In this document: positions 34,529-44,759 of the stretch, piece by piece
Layout: each line of letters starts with the position of its first letter
Position numbering within the stretch: position 1 is the stretch's first letter
Assembly: GCA_002405755.1 (NCBI GenBank)
Contig: DHMK01000040.1
Location: 798 to 64,797, forward strand
DNA: 64,000 nucleotides
Reading direction: 5' to 3'
Source: Clostridiales bacterium UBA4644
Lineage (GTDB): Bacteria > Bacillota > Clostridia > Oscillospirales > Butyricicoccaceae
Position numbers and translations under genes: made by a program
Notes under the pieces: model-generated
The model's database searches: none
Told to the model about the DNA's origin: nothing
The model's input: the letters and a program-made list of their open reading frames with translations, nothing else

Positions 34529-36958
34529 ATGAAATCAACCATTGCAGTCAATCAGGTCGTAAGCCAGGCGCCGACGCTGGCCTTGCGGGGGATTACTGTA
34601 TTTCCCGGCGCGCTGTTCCACTTTGACGTGGGCCGGCAAAAGTCCATTCAGGCCATGGAATATGCCATGGCCAACGGCCAGAGGATCTTTCTGGTCACGC
34701 AGAGAGACATTTCCGTGGACGATCCCGCCCAGGAAGATCTGTTCGGCATGGGCGCTTACTGCAAGGTCCGCCAGATCCTGAAGATCCCCGGCGACAGCAT
34801 TCGCGTGCTGGTGGAGGGGCTGGATCGGGCGCTGCTGCGCCAGGTCACGCAGACGGAGCCCTTTTTGCTGGCGGATATCGAGCTTTTGCCCGAAATGAAG
34901 GTCTCCCGCGCCACAAAGCGCGATCTCGCCATGGTGCGTCAGGCCCAGGAGCTTTTTATGGAATATGCATCGCTGGTGCCGCAAATGGCCAGCGATGTGG
35001 TCATGCGGGTGGTGGGCGCCAGAGAACCCGGCCCGCTTTCCGATTATATCGCCCAGAACACGCAGATGTCCTTTGAGCAAAAGCAGCAGCTGCTGGAGAC
35101 CCAGGATCCCCGCAGACGCATGGGCCTGCTGCTGCATTTCCTCTCCCGTGAAAACGAGATCCTCCGCCTGGAGCAGGATATTCAGGAGAAGGTCAAGGAT
35201 TCCATGGACAAGGGCCAGCGGGATTATTACCTGCGGGAGCAGCTGAAGGTCATCAGCGAGGAGCTGGGCGAAGGGGAGGACGCGCTTTCCGAAGCGCAGG
35301 AATACCTTCAGAAGATCCAGAGCAAGAGCCTGCCGGAGGAGGTCCGGGAAAAGCTCGTGAAGGAAGCCCGGCGTCTGGGCAAAATGCAGCCCACCTCTCC
35401 GGAGAGCGGCGTTTCCCGCACTTATCTGGACGTCTGTCTGGATCTGCCCTGGACGGAGGTCAAAAAGGAAAATACCGACCTGCAGAAGGCCCGGGCCATT
35501 CTGGACGAGGACCATACCGGCCTGGAAAAGGTCAAGGAGCGCATTCTGGAGTTTTTCGCCGTCAAGACCCTCACCGGCAGCGTCAAGGGCCAGATCCTCT
35601 GTCTGGCCGGCCCTCCGGGCGTGGGCAAGACCTCCATCGCCCGCTCCATCGCCCGCTGTATGGGCAGGGACTATGCCCGGCTGAGCCTGGGCGGCGTTCG
35701 GGACGAGGCGGAGATCCGGGGCCACAGGAAGACCTATATCGGCTCCATGCCCGGCCGGATCATCACCGCCCTGCGGCAGGCGGGCAGCCGCAACTGCCTG
35801 ATCCTTATCGACGAGATCGACAAGCTGGGCAGCGATTACAAGGGCGATCCCTCCTCCGCGCTGCTGGAGGTCTTTGATACCGAGCAGAACAGCGCCTTCC
35901 GGGATCATTTTGTGGAGCTTCCCTTTGATCTCAGCGACGTTCTGTTTATCACCACCGCCAATGATAAGAGCAACATCCCCGGCCCGCTGCTGGATCGGAT
36001 GGAGATCATCGACCTGCCGGGCTATACTGATGTGGAAAAGATCCGCATTGCCCGGAAGCACCTGATCCCGAAGCAGCTGAAGAAGCATGGGCTCCGAACC
36101 CAGAACCTGCGGCTGGACGACGAGGCCCTGCAGATGCTCATCACCTGCTACACCAGGGAGGCCGGCGTCCGCACCATGGAGCGGCTCATCGCAAAGCTTT
36201 GCCGCAAGACGGCGAAATATATGACGGAAACGGGAAAGCGCTCGCTGCACTTTACCGTTCAGAACCTGCCGGACTATCTGGGCGTTCCCATCTTTCCCAT
36301 GGAGAAGCCGCTGGAGGAGCCGGAGGTGGGCGTGGTCAACGGCCTTGCCTGGACTGCCGCCGGCGGCGAGATGCTGGAGGTGGAGGCGGCCGCCGTGCCC
36401 GGCTCCGGCAAGCTGGAGATCACGGGCAATCTGGGCGATGTAATGAAGGAATCCGCCCATGCGGCCATCACCTATCTCCGCAGCCGCACCCAGCAGCTGG
36501 GTCTGCCGGAGGATTTCCCGGCGAAAAAGGACATCCACATTCATTTCCCGGAGGGAGCCGTTCCCAAGGACGGGCCTTCTGCCGGCATCACCACGGCGAC
36601 GGCGGTCTTTTCCGCCCTTACCGGAAGGCCGGTCCCCAAGAATATCGCCATGACCGGCGAGATCACGCTGCGGGGCAGAGTGCTGCCCATCGGCGGCCTG
36701 CGGGAAAAATCCATGGCGGCCTGGCGCAACCACGCAACCACCGTCCTGATCCCGGCGGAAAACCGGAAGGATCTGGAGGAAGTGGATCCGCTGGTGAAGG
36801 AAAGCGTGTCCTTCGTCCTGGTCAGCCATATGGATCAGGTGCTGGACACCGTGTTCGGCCTGCATCAGGCGTCTGCCGCGCCGGAGACCAAGGCGGCTGC
36901 GCCTGCGGTGATCCCCCCGACAGGGAAAAACCGGCCCGCCCCGGCCATCCGGCAGTGA
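34529..36958 (+). CDS. lon: ATP-dependent Lon protease (LonA)
   Basis: 809-aa ORF with an N-terminal LON domain, Walker [10 protein letters not shown] and a protease domain containing PKDGPSAG (catalytic Ser). A GGAGG SD is present. Confidence 0.95.
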   Translation: MKSTIAVNQVVSQAPTLALRGITVFPGALFHFDVGRQKSIQAMEYAMANGQRIFLVTQRDISVDDPAQEDLFGMGAYCKVRQILKIPGDSIRVLVEGLDRALLRQVTQTEPFLLADIELLPEMKVSRATKRDLAMVRQAQELFMEYASLVPQMASDVVMRVVGAREPGPLSDYIAQNTQMSFEQKQQLLETQDPRRRMGLLLHFLSRENEILRLEQDIQEKVKDSMDKGQRDYYLREQLKVISEELGEGEDALSEAQEYLQKIQSKSLPEEVREKLVKEARRLGKMQPTSPESGVSRTYLDVCLDLPWTEVKKENTDLQKARAILDEDHTGLEKVKERILEFFAVKTLTGSVKGQILCLAGPPGVGKTSIARSIARCMGRDYARLSLGGVRDEAEIRGHRKTYIGSMPGRIITALRQAGSRNCLILIDEIDKLGSDYKGDPSSALLEVFDTEQNSAFRDHFVELPFDLSDVLFITTANDKSNIPGPLLDRMEIIDLPGYTDVEKIRIARKHLIPKQLKKHGLRTQNLRLDDEALQMLITCYTREAGVRTMERLIAKLCRKTAKYMTETGKRSLHFTVQNLPDYLGVPIFPMEKPLEEPEVGVVNGLAWTAAGGEMLEVEAAAVPGSGKLEITGNLGDVMKESAHAAITYLRSRTQQLGLPEDFPAKKDIHIHFPEGAVPKDGPSAGITTATAVFSALTGRPVPKNIAMTGEITLRGRVLPIGGLREKSMAAWRNHATTVLIPAENRKDLEEVDPLVKESVSFVLVSHMDQVLDTVFGLHQASAAPETKAAAPAVIPPTGKNRPAPAIRQ

Positions 36959-36968
36959 GGGTGGCGTG

Positions 36969-37562
36969 ATGGATTTCAAAAACACGGTATTTATCCGCTC
37001 CGCCGCAAAGCCCGGGGATTTCCCCCGGGATACGCAGCGCCGGGTGGTCTTTGCCGGCCGGTCCAATGTGGGAAAATCCTCCACGCTGAACCGGGTGGTG
37101 GGCAAAAAGGGCTTTGCCCGGGTCAGCTCTGTGCCGGGGAAGACGGTCTTTGTCAACCTGTTTCAGGTGGAGGGCCGGGGCTGGCTGGTGGATCTGCCGG
37201 GCTATGGCTATTCCAAGACCTCTCAGGCAGAGCGGGAACGGTATTCCCGGCTGATCGAACAGTATTTTGAGGCCGACCGGGCGCAGATCGCCCGAATCTA
37301 TATGATCATCGACGCCCGGCACAAGCCAACGGCGGACGATGTGGCCATGGCGGAATGGGCCCGGTATTACGGCAAGCCCCTGACCGTTGTGGCCAACAAG
37401 CTGGACAAGCTGAAAAAATCGGAGGTGGAGCCAAATCTGGCCCGCATCCGGGAAACGCTTCAGCTGACAGAAGGGGAGACCCTCATCGCCTTTTCCGCGG
37501 AAAAGGGAACCAATCGGGATCTATTATGCGCAGAGATACAAGAAGCATTGGAGGAAAACTGA
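36969..37562 (+). CDS. engB: ribosome biogenesis GTPase YsxC/EngB
   Basis: The G1 motif is GRSNVGKSS and DLPGYGY is present. The classic lon-ysxC adjacency holds. The track start is the GTG at 36966, but the ATG at 36969 has better SD spacing. Confidence 0.9.
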   Translation: MDFKNTVFIRSAAKPGDFPRDTQRRVVFAGRSNVGKSSTLNRVVGKKGFARVSSVPGKTVFVNLFQVEGRGWLVDLPGYGYSKTSQAERERYSRLIEQYFEADRAQIARIYMIIDARHKPTADDVAMAEWARYYGKPLTVVANKLDKLKKSEVEPNLARIRETLQLTEGETLIAFSAEKGTNRDLLCAEIQEALEEN

Positions 37563-37563
37563 C

Positions 37564-38874
37564 ATGAATACCTACTACAGCGATCGCTTTACCATCCGGG
37601 ACGACGGCCATCTTTGCCTGGACAATGTGGACCTGGTGGAGGTCGCCCGGGAATACGGCACCCCTGCCTATGTTATGAGCGAGGGACAGATCCGGCAGAA
37701 CTGCCGCCATTTTACCCAGGCCATGCGCCGCAATTTCGGCGAGCGCTATAAGGTCGCCTACGCCAGCAAGGCCCTGTGCGCCCGGTTCATCTATCCCATT
37801 CTGGCCAGCGAGGGCATCCATGCGGACGTGGTCTCCGGCGGCGAGCTTTATACGGCGCTGAAGGCGGGCTTCGATCCCCGGCATCTGCACTTCCACGGCA
37901 ACAACAAGACGGTCTCCGAGCTGGAGATGGCCGTGGACTGCGGCATCGGCTCCGTCATCATCGACGCCTTTGAAGAGGTGGACCGTCTGGAGGCCATCTG
38001 CGCTGCCAAGGGCAAGCATCAGCGGGTACTGTTCCGCGTCAAGCCCGGCGTTCATGCAGATACCCATGAGTTTATCTCCACCGGCCAGAACGACAGCAAG
38101 TTCGGCTTTGGCATCAAGGATGGCGAGGCCATGCGCCTTGCAAAATATATCCTGGAGCACAAGCATCTGGATTTCGCCGGCATCCACTGCCATATCGGCT
38201 CCCAGGTGTTCAGCGTCGACGGCTTCGCCAAGGCGGCCCGCATCATGTTCGATTTCTTCTGCAAAATGGAGAAGGAGATGGGCGTCCACATGGATGAAAT
38301 GATCATCGGCGGCGGCTTCGGCGTGAAGTATATGCCAACCGATGAGCCGGGCACCTTCGGCGAGAAGATCGACGCCGTGGGCGAGGTCATGCGGGAGGAA
38401 GCTGCCAAGCTGGGCCGGGAGATCCCCGAGATCGTCATCGAGCCGGGCCGCAGCGTGGTCTGCACCGCCGGCTGCACGCTGTATACCGTGGGCTCCGTCC
38501 GTGACATCAAGGACGCCCGGACCTATGTCTCCGTCGATGGCGGTCTGCCCGACAACCCCCGCTTTGCCCTCTATCAGGCCCAGTATGACGCCGTTGTGGC
38601 CAACCGGGCTAACGCGCCCCGGGACAAGGTCCAGACCATTGCCGGCCGCTGCTGCGAGAGCGGCGATCTGGTGGCCAGGGATCTGAAGTTCCAGACTGCC
38701 AAGGCAGACGATATCCTCTGCGTCTTCGCCACTGGCGCTTATAACTATTCCATGGCGTCCAACTATAACCGGGTGCCCCGTCCGCCCATCCTGCTGATCC
38801 GGGAGGACGGCAAGGTGGAGACCGTGGTCCGCCGGGAGAGCTATGACGATCTGATCCGCAACGATATCGTCTGA
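37564..38874 (+). CDS. lysA: diaminopimelate decarboxylase
   Basis: 436-aa ORF with a PLP-dependent fold-III decarboxylase pattern (..YASKA.., HFHGNNK, GGGFG, ..CESGD..). Confidence 0.9.
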   Translation: MNTYYSDRFTIRDDGHLCLDNVDLVEVAREYGTPAYVMSEGQIRQNCRHFTQAMRRNFGERYKVAYASKALCARFIYPILASEGIHADVVSGGELYTALKAGFDPRHLHFHGNNKTVSELEMAVDCGIGSVIIDAFEEVDRLEAICAAKGKHQRVLFRVKPGVHADTHEFISTGQNDSKFGFGIKDGEAMRLAKYILEHKHLDFAGIHCHIGSQVFSVDGFAKAARIMFDFFCKMEKEMGVHMDEMIIGGGFGVKYMPTDEPGTFGEKIDAVGEVMREEAAKLGREIPEIVIEPGRSVVCTAGCTLYTVGSVRDIKDARTYVSVDGGLPDNPRFALYQAQYDAVVANRANAPRDKVQTIAGRCCESGDLVARDLKFQTAKADDILCVFATGAYNYSMASNYNRVPRPPILLIREDGKVETVVRRESYDDLIRNDIV

Positions 38875-38914
38875 GCCTGCTGATTATTTACCGAAAAGAG
38901 GGAAGGATGCTTTC

Positions 38915-39577
38915 ATGCTGTTTCGCTACTCCCTGAAGGAGTTCTGCATGCTGCTGCCTGCGGTGCTCATGGCGCTGGTGCTTCACGAAATGGCCCACGG
39001 CTGGGCAGCCTATCTGCTGGGCGACCGGACGGCCAAGGAGCAGGGGAGACTTTCCCCGGATCCACTGAAGCATCTGGATCCTCTGGGAACGGTCTGTATG
39101 CTGCTGGGGGGCGTGGGCTGGGCCCGCCCCGTGCCCATCGACCCCAGCCGCTTTCGGATCCGCAGCAAAAAGCTTGGTATGGCCATCACCGCCATTGCCG
39201 GACCGCTGTGCAATTTTCTGCAGGCGTTTCTGGCGGCGGTGATCGCCTATCTGCTCCGCTGGAAGGGCAGCGGCGCCTTTTGCGAGACGGCCGTTTCCTT
39301 TCTGGCCATGCTGATGGCGCTCAATGTGGGCCTGGGGACCTTCAATCTGATCCCCGTGCCGCCGCTGGACGGGAGCCGGCTGCTGCTGCCGCTGCTGCCG
39401 GACCGGGCTGCGGGCTTTGTGCTGAAATATGAGCGGATCTGCGGCGTTGTTTTTCTGGCGCTGATCGCTTCCGGCGTGCTGAGCGGCCCCATAGACACCG
39501 TGCGGGACGCCGTAATGGACGGCATCCTTCGGGCCGGCTGGCGGACTGCGCTGTTTTTGACGGGAGGGATGGCATGA
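38915..39577 (+). CDS. site-2 protease (M50) family membrane metalloprotease
   Basis: 220-aa polytopic protein with HEMAHG (HExxH) and a downstream NLIPVPPLDG motif. Confidence 0.8.
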   Translation: MLFRYSLKEFCMLLPAVLMALVLHEMAHGWAAYLLGDRTAKEQGRLSPDPLKHLDPLGTVCMLLGGVGWARPVPIDPSRFRIRSKKLGMAITAIAGPLCNFLQAFLAAVIAYLLRWKGSGAFCETAVSFLAMLMALNVGLGTFNLIPVPPLDGSRLLLPLLPDRAAGFVLKYERICGVVFLALIASGVLSGPIDTVRDAVMDGILRAGWRTALFLTGGMA

Positions 39578-40341
39578 AGGAGGTCACCTTTCATCTGGAG
39601 GCGTTTGACGGGCCGCTGGACCTGCTGCTGCACCTGCTTTCCAAAAATAAAGTGGAGATTAAGGACATTCCCATCGCGGAGATCCTGGAGCAGTATCTGA
39701 GCTATATCCGGCAGATGAAGGAGTTTGATCTGGAGGTCGCCTCGGAGTTTATCACCATGGCGGCGCAGCTCATGTATATCAAATCCAAAATGCTGCTTCC
39801 CGTCTATGCGGAGGAGCCGCAGGAGGATCCCCGGGCGGGGCTGGTGGAAGCGCTGCTGGAATATCAGCGCATCCGGGAGGCGGGCAGCGCCCTGAATCTG
39901 CGGAGCCAGATCGGCAGCGAGCTTTTTGTTAAAGGACAGGAGCCGCTGGAAAAGTGTAAAGCCGATGTGCAGTACAGCTACGACAGCGAGGTGCTTGTCC
40001 GGGCGCTGGAGTCGATCCTCAGCCGCGCGGAGCGGCGTCTGCCGCCGCCGGTGGAGGCCTTCCGGGGCATCGTGGGCCACGAGACCGTCCCGGTGGACGA
40101 CAAGATCCGGGATGTGGTCCGCAGGTTTGTCCACAGCGAGCGGCTCTCCTTTCGGGAGCTGGCCTTTTCCGCCCGCAGCCGTTCGGAGCTGGTGGCGATA
40201 TTTTTGGCGGTGCTGGAGCTTTCCCGCACCCATAAGATCATGATCGAGGAAACGGAAGACCGGGACTGTATGCTTCGCCTGGCAACGCAGGAGGAGCAGG
40301 CGCAGGGCGCCCAGAGCCCGGCGGATGAGGATACGGAATGA
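39574..40341 (+). CDS. scpA: segregation and condensation protein A
   Basis: 255-aa ORF beginning F.GPLDLLLHLL.KNKV.I.DIPI, with an ATGA overlap with the upstream gene. Confidence 0.92.
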   Translation: MKEVTFHLEAFDGPLDLLLHLLSKNKVEIKDIPIAEILEQYLSYIRQMKEFDLEVASEFITMAAQLMYIKSKMLLPVYAEEPQEDPRAGLVEALLEYQRIREAGSALNLRSQIGSELFVKGQEPLEKCKADVQYSYDSEVLVRALESILSRAERRLPPPVEAFRGIVGHETVPVDDKIRDVVRRFVHSERLSFRELAFSARSRSELVAIFLAVLELSRTHKIMIEETEDRDCMLRLATQEEQAQGAQSPADEDTE

Positions 40342-40937
40342 CGGATTTGCATGAGCTGGAATGTGCGCTGGAAGCGGTTTTGTTTGCGGCGGGAGATTCT
40401 GTGAGCGAGAGCAAGCTCTGCGCTGTGCTGCAGGTGGATCGGGCAGAGCTACAGCAGGCGGCCCGGCAGCTGGCCGATGGCTACGATTATGAACGCAGGG
40501 GCCTTCGTCTGCTTCGTCTGGACGATCGGTATCAGCTGGCGTCCCGAGGGGATTATGCGCCGCTGGTGCGGGCCGCGCTGGAGACGAGAAAGCCTCCGGC
40601 GCTTTCGGCTTCTGCCCTGGAGGTTCTGGCCATCGTGGCCTATAAGCAGCCGGTGACCCGCGCCTATATCGAGCAGATCCGCGGCGTGGACAGCGCCTAT
40701 ACCGTCGGCAGCCTGACGGATAAGGGCCTGATCGAGGAATGCGGCCGACTGGACGTTCCGGGCAGGCCGATCCTTTACCGCACCACGGAAAGCTTTTTGC
40801 GCAGCTTTGGCTTAAGCTCCGTGAGCCAGCTGCCTGCGCTGGAATCCTTCGGAGCGGAGGACAGCGGCCAGCTGACGCTGAGCGATCTGGAGCAGCCGGG
40901 ATCGGAGGAGGCTCCGCCGGCGGAAAGCGAGGCGTGA
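40338..40937 (+). CDS. scpB: segregation and condensation protein B
   Basis: 199-aa ORF with LEAVLFAAGD at the N-terminus and winged-helix repeats; it overlaps the scpA stop. Confidence 0.92.
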   Translation: MTDLHELECALEAVLFAAGDSVSESKLCAVLQVDRAELQQAARQLADGYDYERRGLRLLRLDDRYQLASRGDYAPLVRAALETRKPPALSASALEVLAIVAYKQPVTRAYIEQIRGVDSAYTVGSLTDKGLIEECGRLDVPGRPILYRTTESFLRSFGLSSVSQLPALESFGAEDSGQLTLSDLEQPGSEEAPPAESEA

Positions 40938-40941
40938 CGCC

Positions 40942-41619
40942 TTGAAGATCATAGGCCTGATCCTGTTGGGATCTCTTCTGCTGCTTTTGCTGCTGCTCCT
41001 GCTGCCGGTGCGCCTGCGGGTGCAATACGACGGCGCGCTGCAGGTCCATGCCGGCCTGGGGCCGGTCTGTCTGCGGCTTTATCCCATGAAGAAACGGCAA
41101 AAGGAGCCGAAGAAGCCCCAAAAACCAGAAAAAAAACACAGCTCTGCCGAAAAAAAGGCAAAAAAAGCCAAGCCCCGGAAGGCTTCGGCGCTGCTGCCGG
41201 AGAAGCCCTCGCTGCAGCTGATCCTGGATCTGGTCCGGCTGGGCCTGAAGACAGTGGGAGCCATGCTGCGGCCCATCTCCGTTCCCCGGCTGCAGCTGGC
41301 GGTGCAGGTGGGCGGCAAGGATGCCTATGCCGTGGCCATGACCTATGGCGAGCTGACGGCGGGTCTCTCCGCTCTTTACCCCCTTTTGCAAAAGAGCCTT
41401 CGCATCCGCAAAACGGATATCTCCGTAGACGCGGATTTCACCGCAGAGACCCTTCGCCTGCAGGGCGATGTGACCTTTTCCGCCTGCCCGCTGCGCTATC
41501 TGATCGCGGTCTGCCGGATCCTGATCGCATACCTCCGGCTGCGCAGGCAGGAAAAACAGCGTGATATGGAACAAAACACACAAGAGAAAGGCGGTATTAC
41601 CCATGAGCAGCATCAATGA
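40942..41619 (+). CDS. DUF2953/YtfI-like sporulation membrane protein
   Basis: 225-aa ORF with a TTG start, an N-terminal poly-Leu TM segment and a Lys-rich linker. It lies immediately upstream of and overlaps a GerW/YtfJ gene, as ytfI-ytfJ do in Bacillus. The family call is inference. Confidence 0.55.
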   Translation: MKIIGLILLGSLLLLLLLLLLPVRLRVQYDGALQVHAGLGPVCLRLYPMKKRQKEPKKPQKPEKKHSSAEKKAKKAKPRKASALLPEKPSLQLILDLVRLGLKTVGAMLRPISVPRLQLAVQVGGKDAYAVAMTYGELTAGLSALYPLLQKSLRIRKTDISVDADFTAETLRLQGDVTFSACPLRYLIAVCRILIAYLRLRRQEKQRDMEQNTQEKGGITHEQHQ

Positions 41620-41965
41620 AGCCATGAATCTGACGATGGAAAAGCTGCGGGACATGATCGATGTGAACACCGTGGTGGGAAAGCCGGTCACCACGCCGGA
41701 CGGCACCACCCTGATCCCCGTGTCCAAGGTCTCCTTCGGCTTTGCCTCCGGCGGGACCGACGGAAAGGACCTTCGCTTCGGCGCAGGCAGCGGCGCGGGC
41801 GTCTCCATCATCCCGCTGGCCTTTATCGTGGTGAGCCAGGGAAATGTGCGGATGATCTATGTGGAGCCGCCCACGAACTCCACGCTGGATAAGGCCGTGG
41901 ATATGATCCCCGGCATCCTCGACAAGCTCAAAAAAGACAAGCCGGAGCAGCCGCCGGTCTATTAA
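41603..41965 (+). CDS. gerW: GerW (YtfJ) family sporulation protein
   Basis: I prefer the start MSSINEAMN at 41603. The sequence ..[46 protein letters not shown] is typical of GerW. Confidence 0.85.
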   Translation: MSSINEAMNLTMEKLRDMIDVNTVVGKPVTTPDGTTLIPVSKVSFGFASGGTDGKDLRFGAGSGAGVSIIPLAFIVVSQGNVRMIYVEPPTNSTLDKAVDMIPGILDKLKKDKPEQPPVY

Positions 41966-42021
41966 CGCGGCATAAATCCCTTCGCCTGCCCGTATGCTGG
42001 TGCAGTGGGCAGGTGATCGTG

Positions 42022-43134
42022 ATGAAAAAATTTCTTTGTCTGCTGGCGGTCTTGCTGCCGCTGGCAGGCGTCCCGGGCTTTGCGCAGACGCTCCAGATCC
42101 ACGGGGAAAGCGTTGTTCTTTACGATGCGCTCACCGGCGATCTTCTGTTTTCCCGGGCAGAACGGCAGCGCCGGGGCATGGCCAGCACCACCAAGATCAT
42201 GACGGCGCTGGTGGCGCTGGAGCAATACGATCCGGAAGCGGAGGTAGAGATCCGGCAGGAATGGTGCGGCGTGGAGGGCTCCTCCATGTATCTGCATCCG
42301 GGGGAGCGGCTGACGGTGTCAGATCTGCTGTATGGTCTGCTGCTGGAAAGCGGCAACGATGCGGCCCAGGCGCTGGCCGGGCTGGACCCTGACGGGCCGG
42401 AGGCCTTCGTAGACAAGATGAACGCCAAGGCGCAGGCTCTGTCCCTTTCCGATACGCATTTCTGCAATCCCTCCGGGCTGGATGCGCCGGAGCACTATTC
42501 CACGGCGCTGGACCTGGCGCGTCTGGCGGCGGCTGCACTGGAGGATCCGGACTTTGCCCGGATCGCCGCCACCCGCAGCATCACGCTGGCGGGACGCACC
42601 CTGAACAACCACAACCGGCTGCTGGGGGAGATCGGCGCCTGCGGCGTCAAAACGGGCTATACCATGGCCTGCGGGCGGTGTCTCGTCTCTGCAAAGCGGG
42701 AGCAGGGGCGGCTTTTGATCTGCGTCACCCTGAACGACCGGCAGGACTGGGCCGATCATAAGGCGCTTTATGCCTTTGGCTTTGCCCAATATGAAGCCTA
42801 TGCGCTGGTGGGCGCGGGCGACTGCGGAAGCATCCCGGTCTATTCCGCAGAGAAGCCCAGCTGCCGCCTTTACTGCAACAAGAGCTTTTTCTTTTCCCTG
42901 CGGAAGGAAGAACGGCAGCGGCTGCAGATCGCCCTGGCCGGGCCGCGGTTTTGCTACGCTCCGGTGGAAGCAGGGCAGGATTATGGCAGCCTGCAGGTCC
43001 TGCTGGACGGGAAAAAGCTCTGGGAAACGCCGGTCTGCTTTGCGGAAAATATCGCGGAGCAGCCGGAGCAGCGCCGGCAGCTGCCGGGCTGGATGGAAAA
43101 GATCATTCGATTTTTTGGGAGAAAAACGCCTTGA
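42022..43134 (+). CDS. dacB: D-alanyl-D-alanine carboxypeptidase (S11, DacB-like)
   Basis: It has a signal peptide, SxxK (ASTTK), SxN (SGND) and KTG (KTGYT). The synteny scpAB-(ypuI)-dacB-rluB is as in Bacillus. The ATG at 42022 follows an AGGTGA SD. Confidence 0.82.
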   Translation: MKKFLCLLAVLLPLAGVPGFAQTLQIHGESVVLYDALTGDLLFSRAERQRRGMASTTKIMTALVALEQYDPEAEVEIRQEWCGVEGSSMYLHPGERLTVSDLLYGLLLESGNDAAQALAGLDPDGPEAFVDKMNAKAQALSLSDTHFCNPSGLDAPEHYSTALDLARLAAAALEDPDFARIAATRSITLAGRTLNNHNRLLGEIGACGVKTGYTMACGRCLVSAKREQGRLLICVTLNDRQDWADHKALYAFGFAQYEAYALVGAGDCGSIPVYSAEKPSCRLYCNKSFFFSLRKEERQRLQIALAGPRFCYAPVEAGQDYGSLQVLLDGKKLWETPVCFAENIAEQPEQRRQLPGWMEKIIRFFGRKTP

Positions 43135-43847
43135 AAAAAAGACTGCAGAAGCTTTTGTCGGAAGCGGGGGTCTGCTCCCGCAGAAGCGCGGAGGAATACA
43201 TAAAATCAGGCCGTGTAAAGGTGAACGGCATTCCGGCGATGCTGGGCGACAGCGCCGATCCGGAGCAGGATGAGATCACACTGGACGGGACGCCGCTGCG
43301 CCCTGCGCCGCAGTGGATCTATATCATGCTGAATAAGCCCCGGGGCTATGTGACGACGCTTTCTGACGAGGCGGGCCGCAGGACGGTGGCAGATCTGATC
43401 CGGGACGTGCCACAGCGGGTCTATCCCGTGGGGCGGCTGGACATGCATTCCGAGGGCCTGCTGCTGCTCACCAACGACGGTCAGCTGGCCCATCACCTGA
43501 TGCACCCCTCCCATGAGGTCTATAAGCAGTATCTGGTAAAGCTTTCGCCGGACGAGCCCGGCCTGCCCTCGCCGGAGGTGGCTCTTTCCCGGCCTCTGGA
43601 GCTGGACGGTCAGCGCCTTCTGCCGGCTCGGTGCCGTCTGCTGGCAAAGACGGAAAGCGGCTATGTGATGACCATCGCCATCCGGCAGGGGAAAAACCGG
43701 CAGATCCGCCGGATGTGCGCCAAATGCGGCTATACGGTAAACTCTCTAAAGCGCGTGGCAGAAGGGAATGTAAAGCTGGCAGACTTGCCAACCGGGAGCT
43801 GGCGCTATCTGCGCCCGGAGGAGATCGAATACCTGCGCTCTCTTTGA
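43131..43847 (+). CDS. rluB: 23S rRNA pseudouridine synthase (RluB/RsuA family)
   Basis: A TTG start at 43131 overlaps the dacB stop. It has an S4 domain (RLQKLLSEAGVCSRR) and the catalytic motif PVGRLDMHSEGLLLLTNDG. Confidence 0.88.
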   Translation: MKKRLQKLLSEAGVCSRRSAEEYIKSGRVKVNGIPAMLGDSADPEQDEITLDGTPLRPAPQWIYIMLNKPRGYVTTLSDEAGRRTVADLIRDVPQRVYPVGRLDMHSEGLLLLTNDGQLAHHLMHPSHEVYKQYLVKLSPDEPGLPSPEVALSRPLELDGQRLLPARCRLLAKTESGYVMTIAIRQGKNRQIRRMCAKCGYTVNSLKRVAEGNVKLADLPTGSWRYLRPEEIEYLRSL

Positions 43848-43901
43848 TCGCTCCCCCCATCGCCCGGAAGCACGCATCAAAAACAGAATGGAGTGAGAGA
43901 T

Positions 43902-44759
43902 GTGAAGCGGATCCATGAAGCCCTGACGGAAAAGGCGGCCGGATTCACCAAGGGCCAGCGGCTGCTGGCGCGGTTCATCACCGAGCAGTGTGAAAAAGCG
44001 GCGTTTATGAGCTCCTTTGATCTGGCGTCGGTGACCGGCGTCAGCCAGTCCACGGTGATCCGCTTTGCCGCGGCGCTGGGCTATGCGGGCTATGGCGATT
44101 TTCAGGACGCGCTGCAGCTGGAGCTGAAATACCGTCTGACTACGCTGGAGCATTTTGCGGAGCCGGACGACGGAGAATCCGCCGAAAAGGCGCTGCTGGA
44201 CCATATCGCCGCCCAGGACGCCATGAACATCAAGAAAAACAGCGGACTCAACCCCCTGGACGCTCTGCACAATCTCTGCACCCGGCTGATGCTCTCCGGC
44301 AGGGTCTATCTTTACGGACAGGGCTGCGCCGCCTGCGCGGCAGTCTATCTGGCGTCTTATCTGCGGATCCTGCTGCCCAATGTGTGCTGCATCAATCAGC
44401 TGGGGATGGAGCCCGTCAGCGCCGCCGCCCTCATCGGGGAGGGCGATCTTCTGCTGTGCATCTCCTTCCCCCAGCATCAGCAGGCCACGCTGGAGCTGAT
44501 CGCTTACGCACAGGAGCAGGAGGCCTGCGTGGCGGTCATCAGCGAGAGCCACGATTCTCCAGCGGCCCGGGAAGCGGAGATCAGTCTGGTGGCGGAATGC
44601 GGTGAGCTTGGCCTGGGCGGGAGCCTTGCACCGGTGATCTCCCTCTGCGGGAGCCTGGTCAGCCTGCTGGCCCGCAGCGATGAAAAGGCCCAGAAAAAGC
44701 TCAGCGCCTTTTATGCGGCTGCGCAGTATCGGCCGCAGATGGGAGAGACGACGGAATGA
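43902..44759 (+). CDS. MurR/RpiR family transcriptional regulator (HTH_6 plus SIS)
   Basis: The HTH is ..SSFDLASVTGVSQSTVIRFAAALGYAGY.., followed by a SIS domain. The track start is the GTG at 43893; the in-frame GTG at 43902 has better spacing to GGAG. Confidence 0.82.
   Translation: MKRIHEALTEKAAGFTKGQRLLARFITEQCEKAAFMSSFDLASVTGVSQSTVIRFAAALGYAGYGDFQDALQLELKYRLTTLEHFAEPDDGESAEKALLDHIAAQDAMNIKKNSGLNPLDALHNLCTRLMLSGRVYLYGQGCAACAAVYLASYLRILLPNVCCINQLGMEPVSAAALIGEGDLLLCISFPQHQQATLELIAYAQEQEACVAVISESHDSPAAREAEISLVAECGELGLGGSLAPVISLCGSLVSLLARSDEKAQKKLSAFYAAAQYRPQMGETTE

Noticed and set aside
40942-41010. A (CTG)n-rich tract encoding an L11 run at the start of the YtfI-like gene, with similar CTG runs in the spoIIIAE signal peptide, considered as a slippage-prone microsatellite or contingency locus.
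   Set aside because: The tracts are interrupted (CTT, CTC, TTG codons) and encode ordinary hydrophobic TM or signal segments. This is a codon-bias effect, not a true repeat array.
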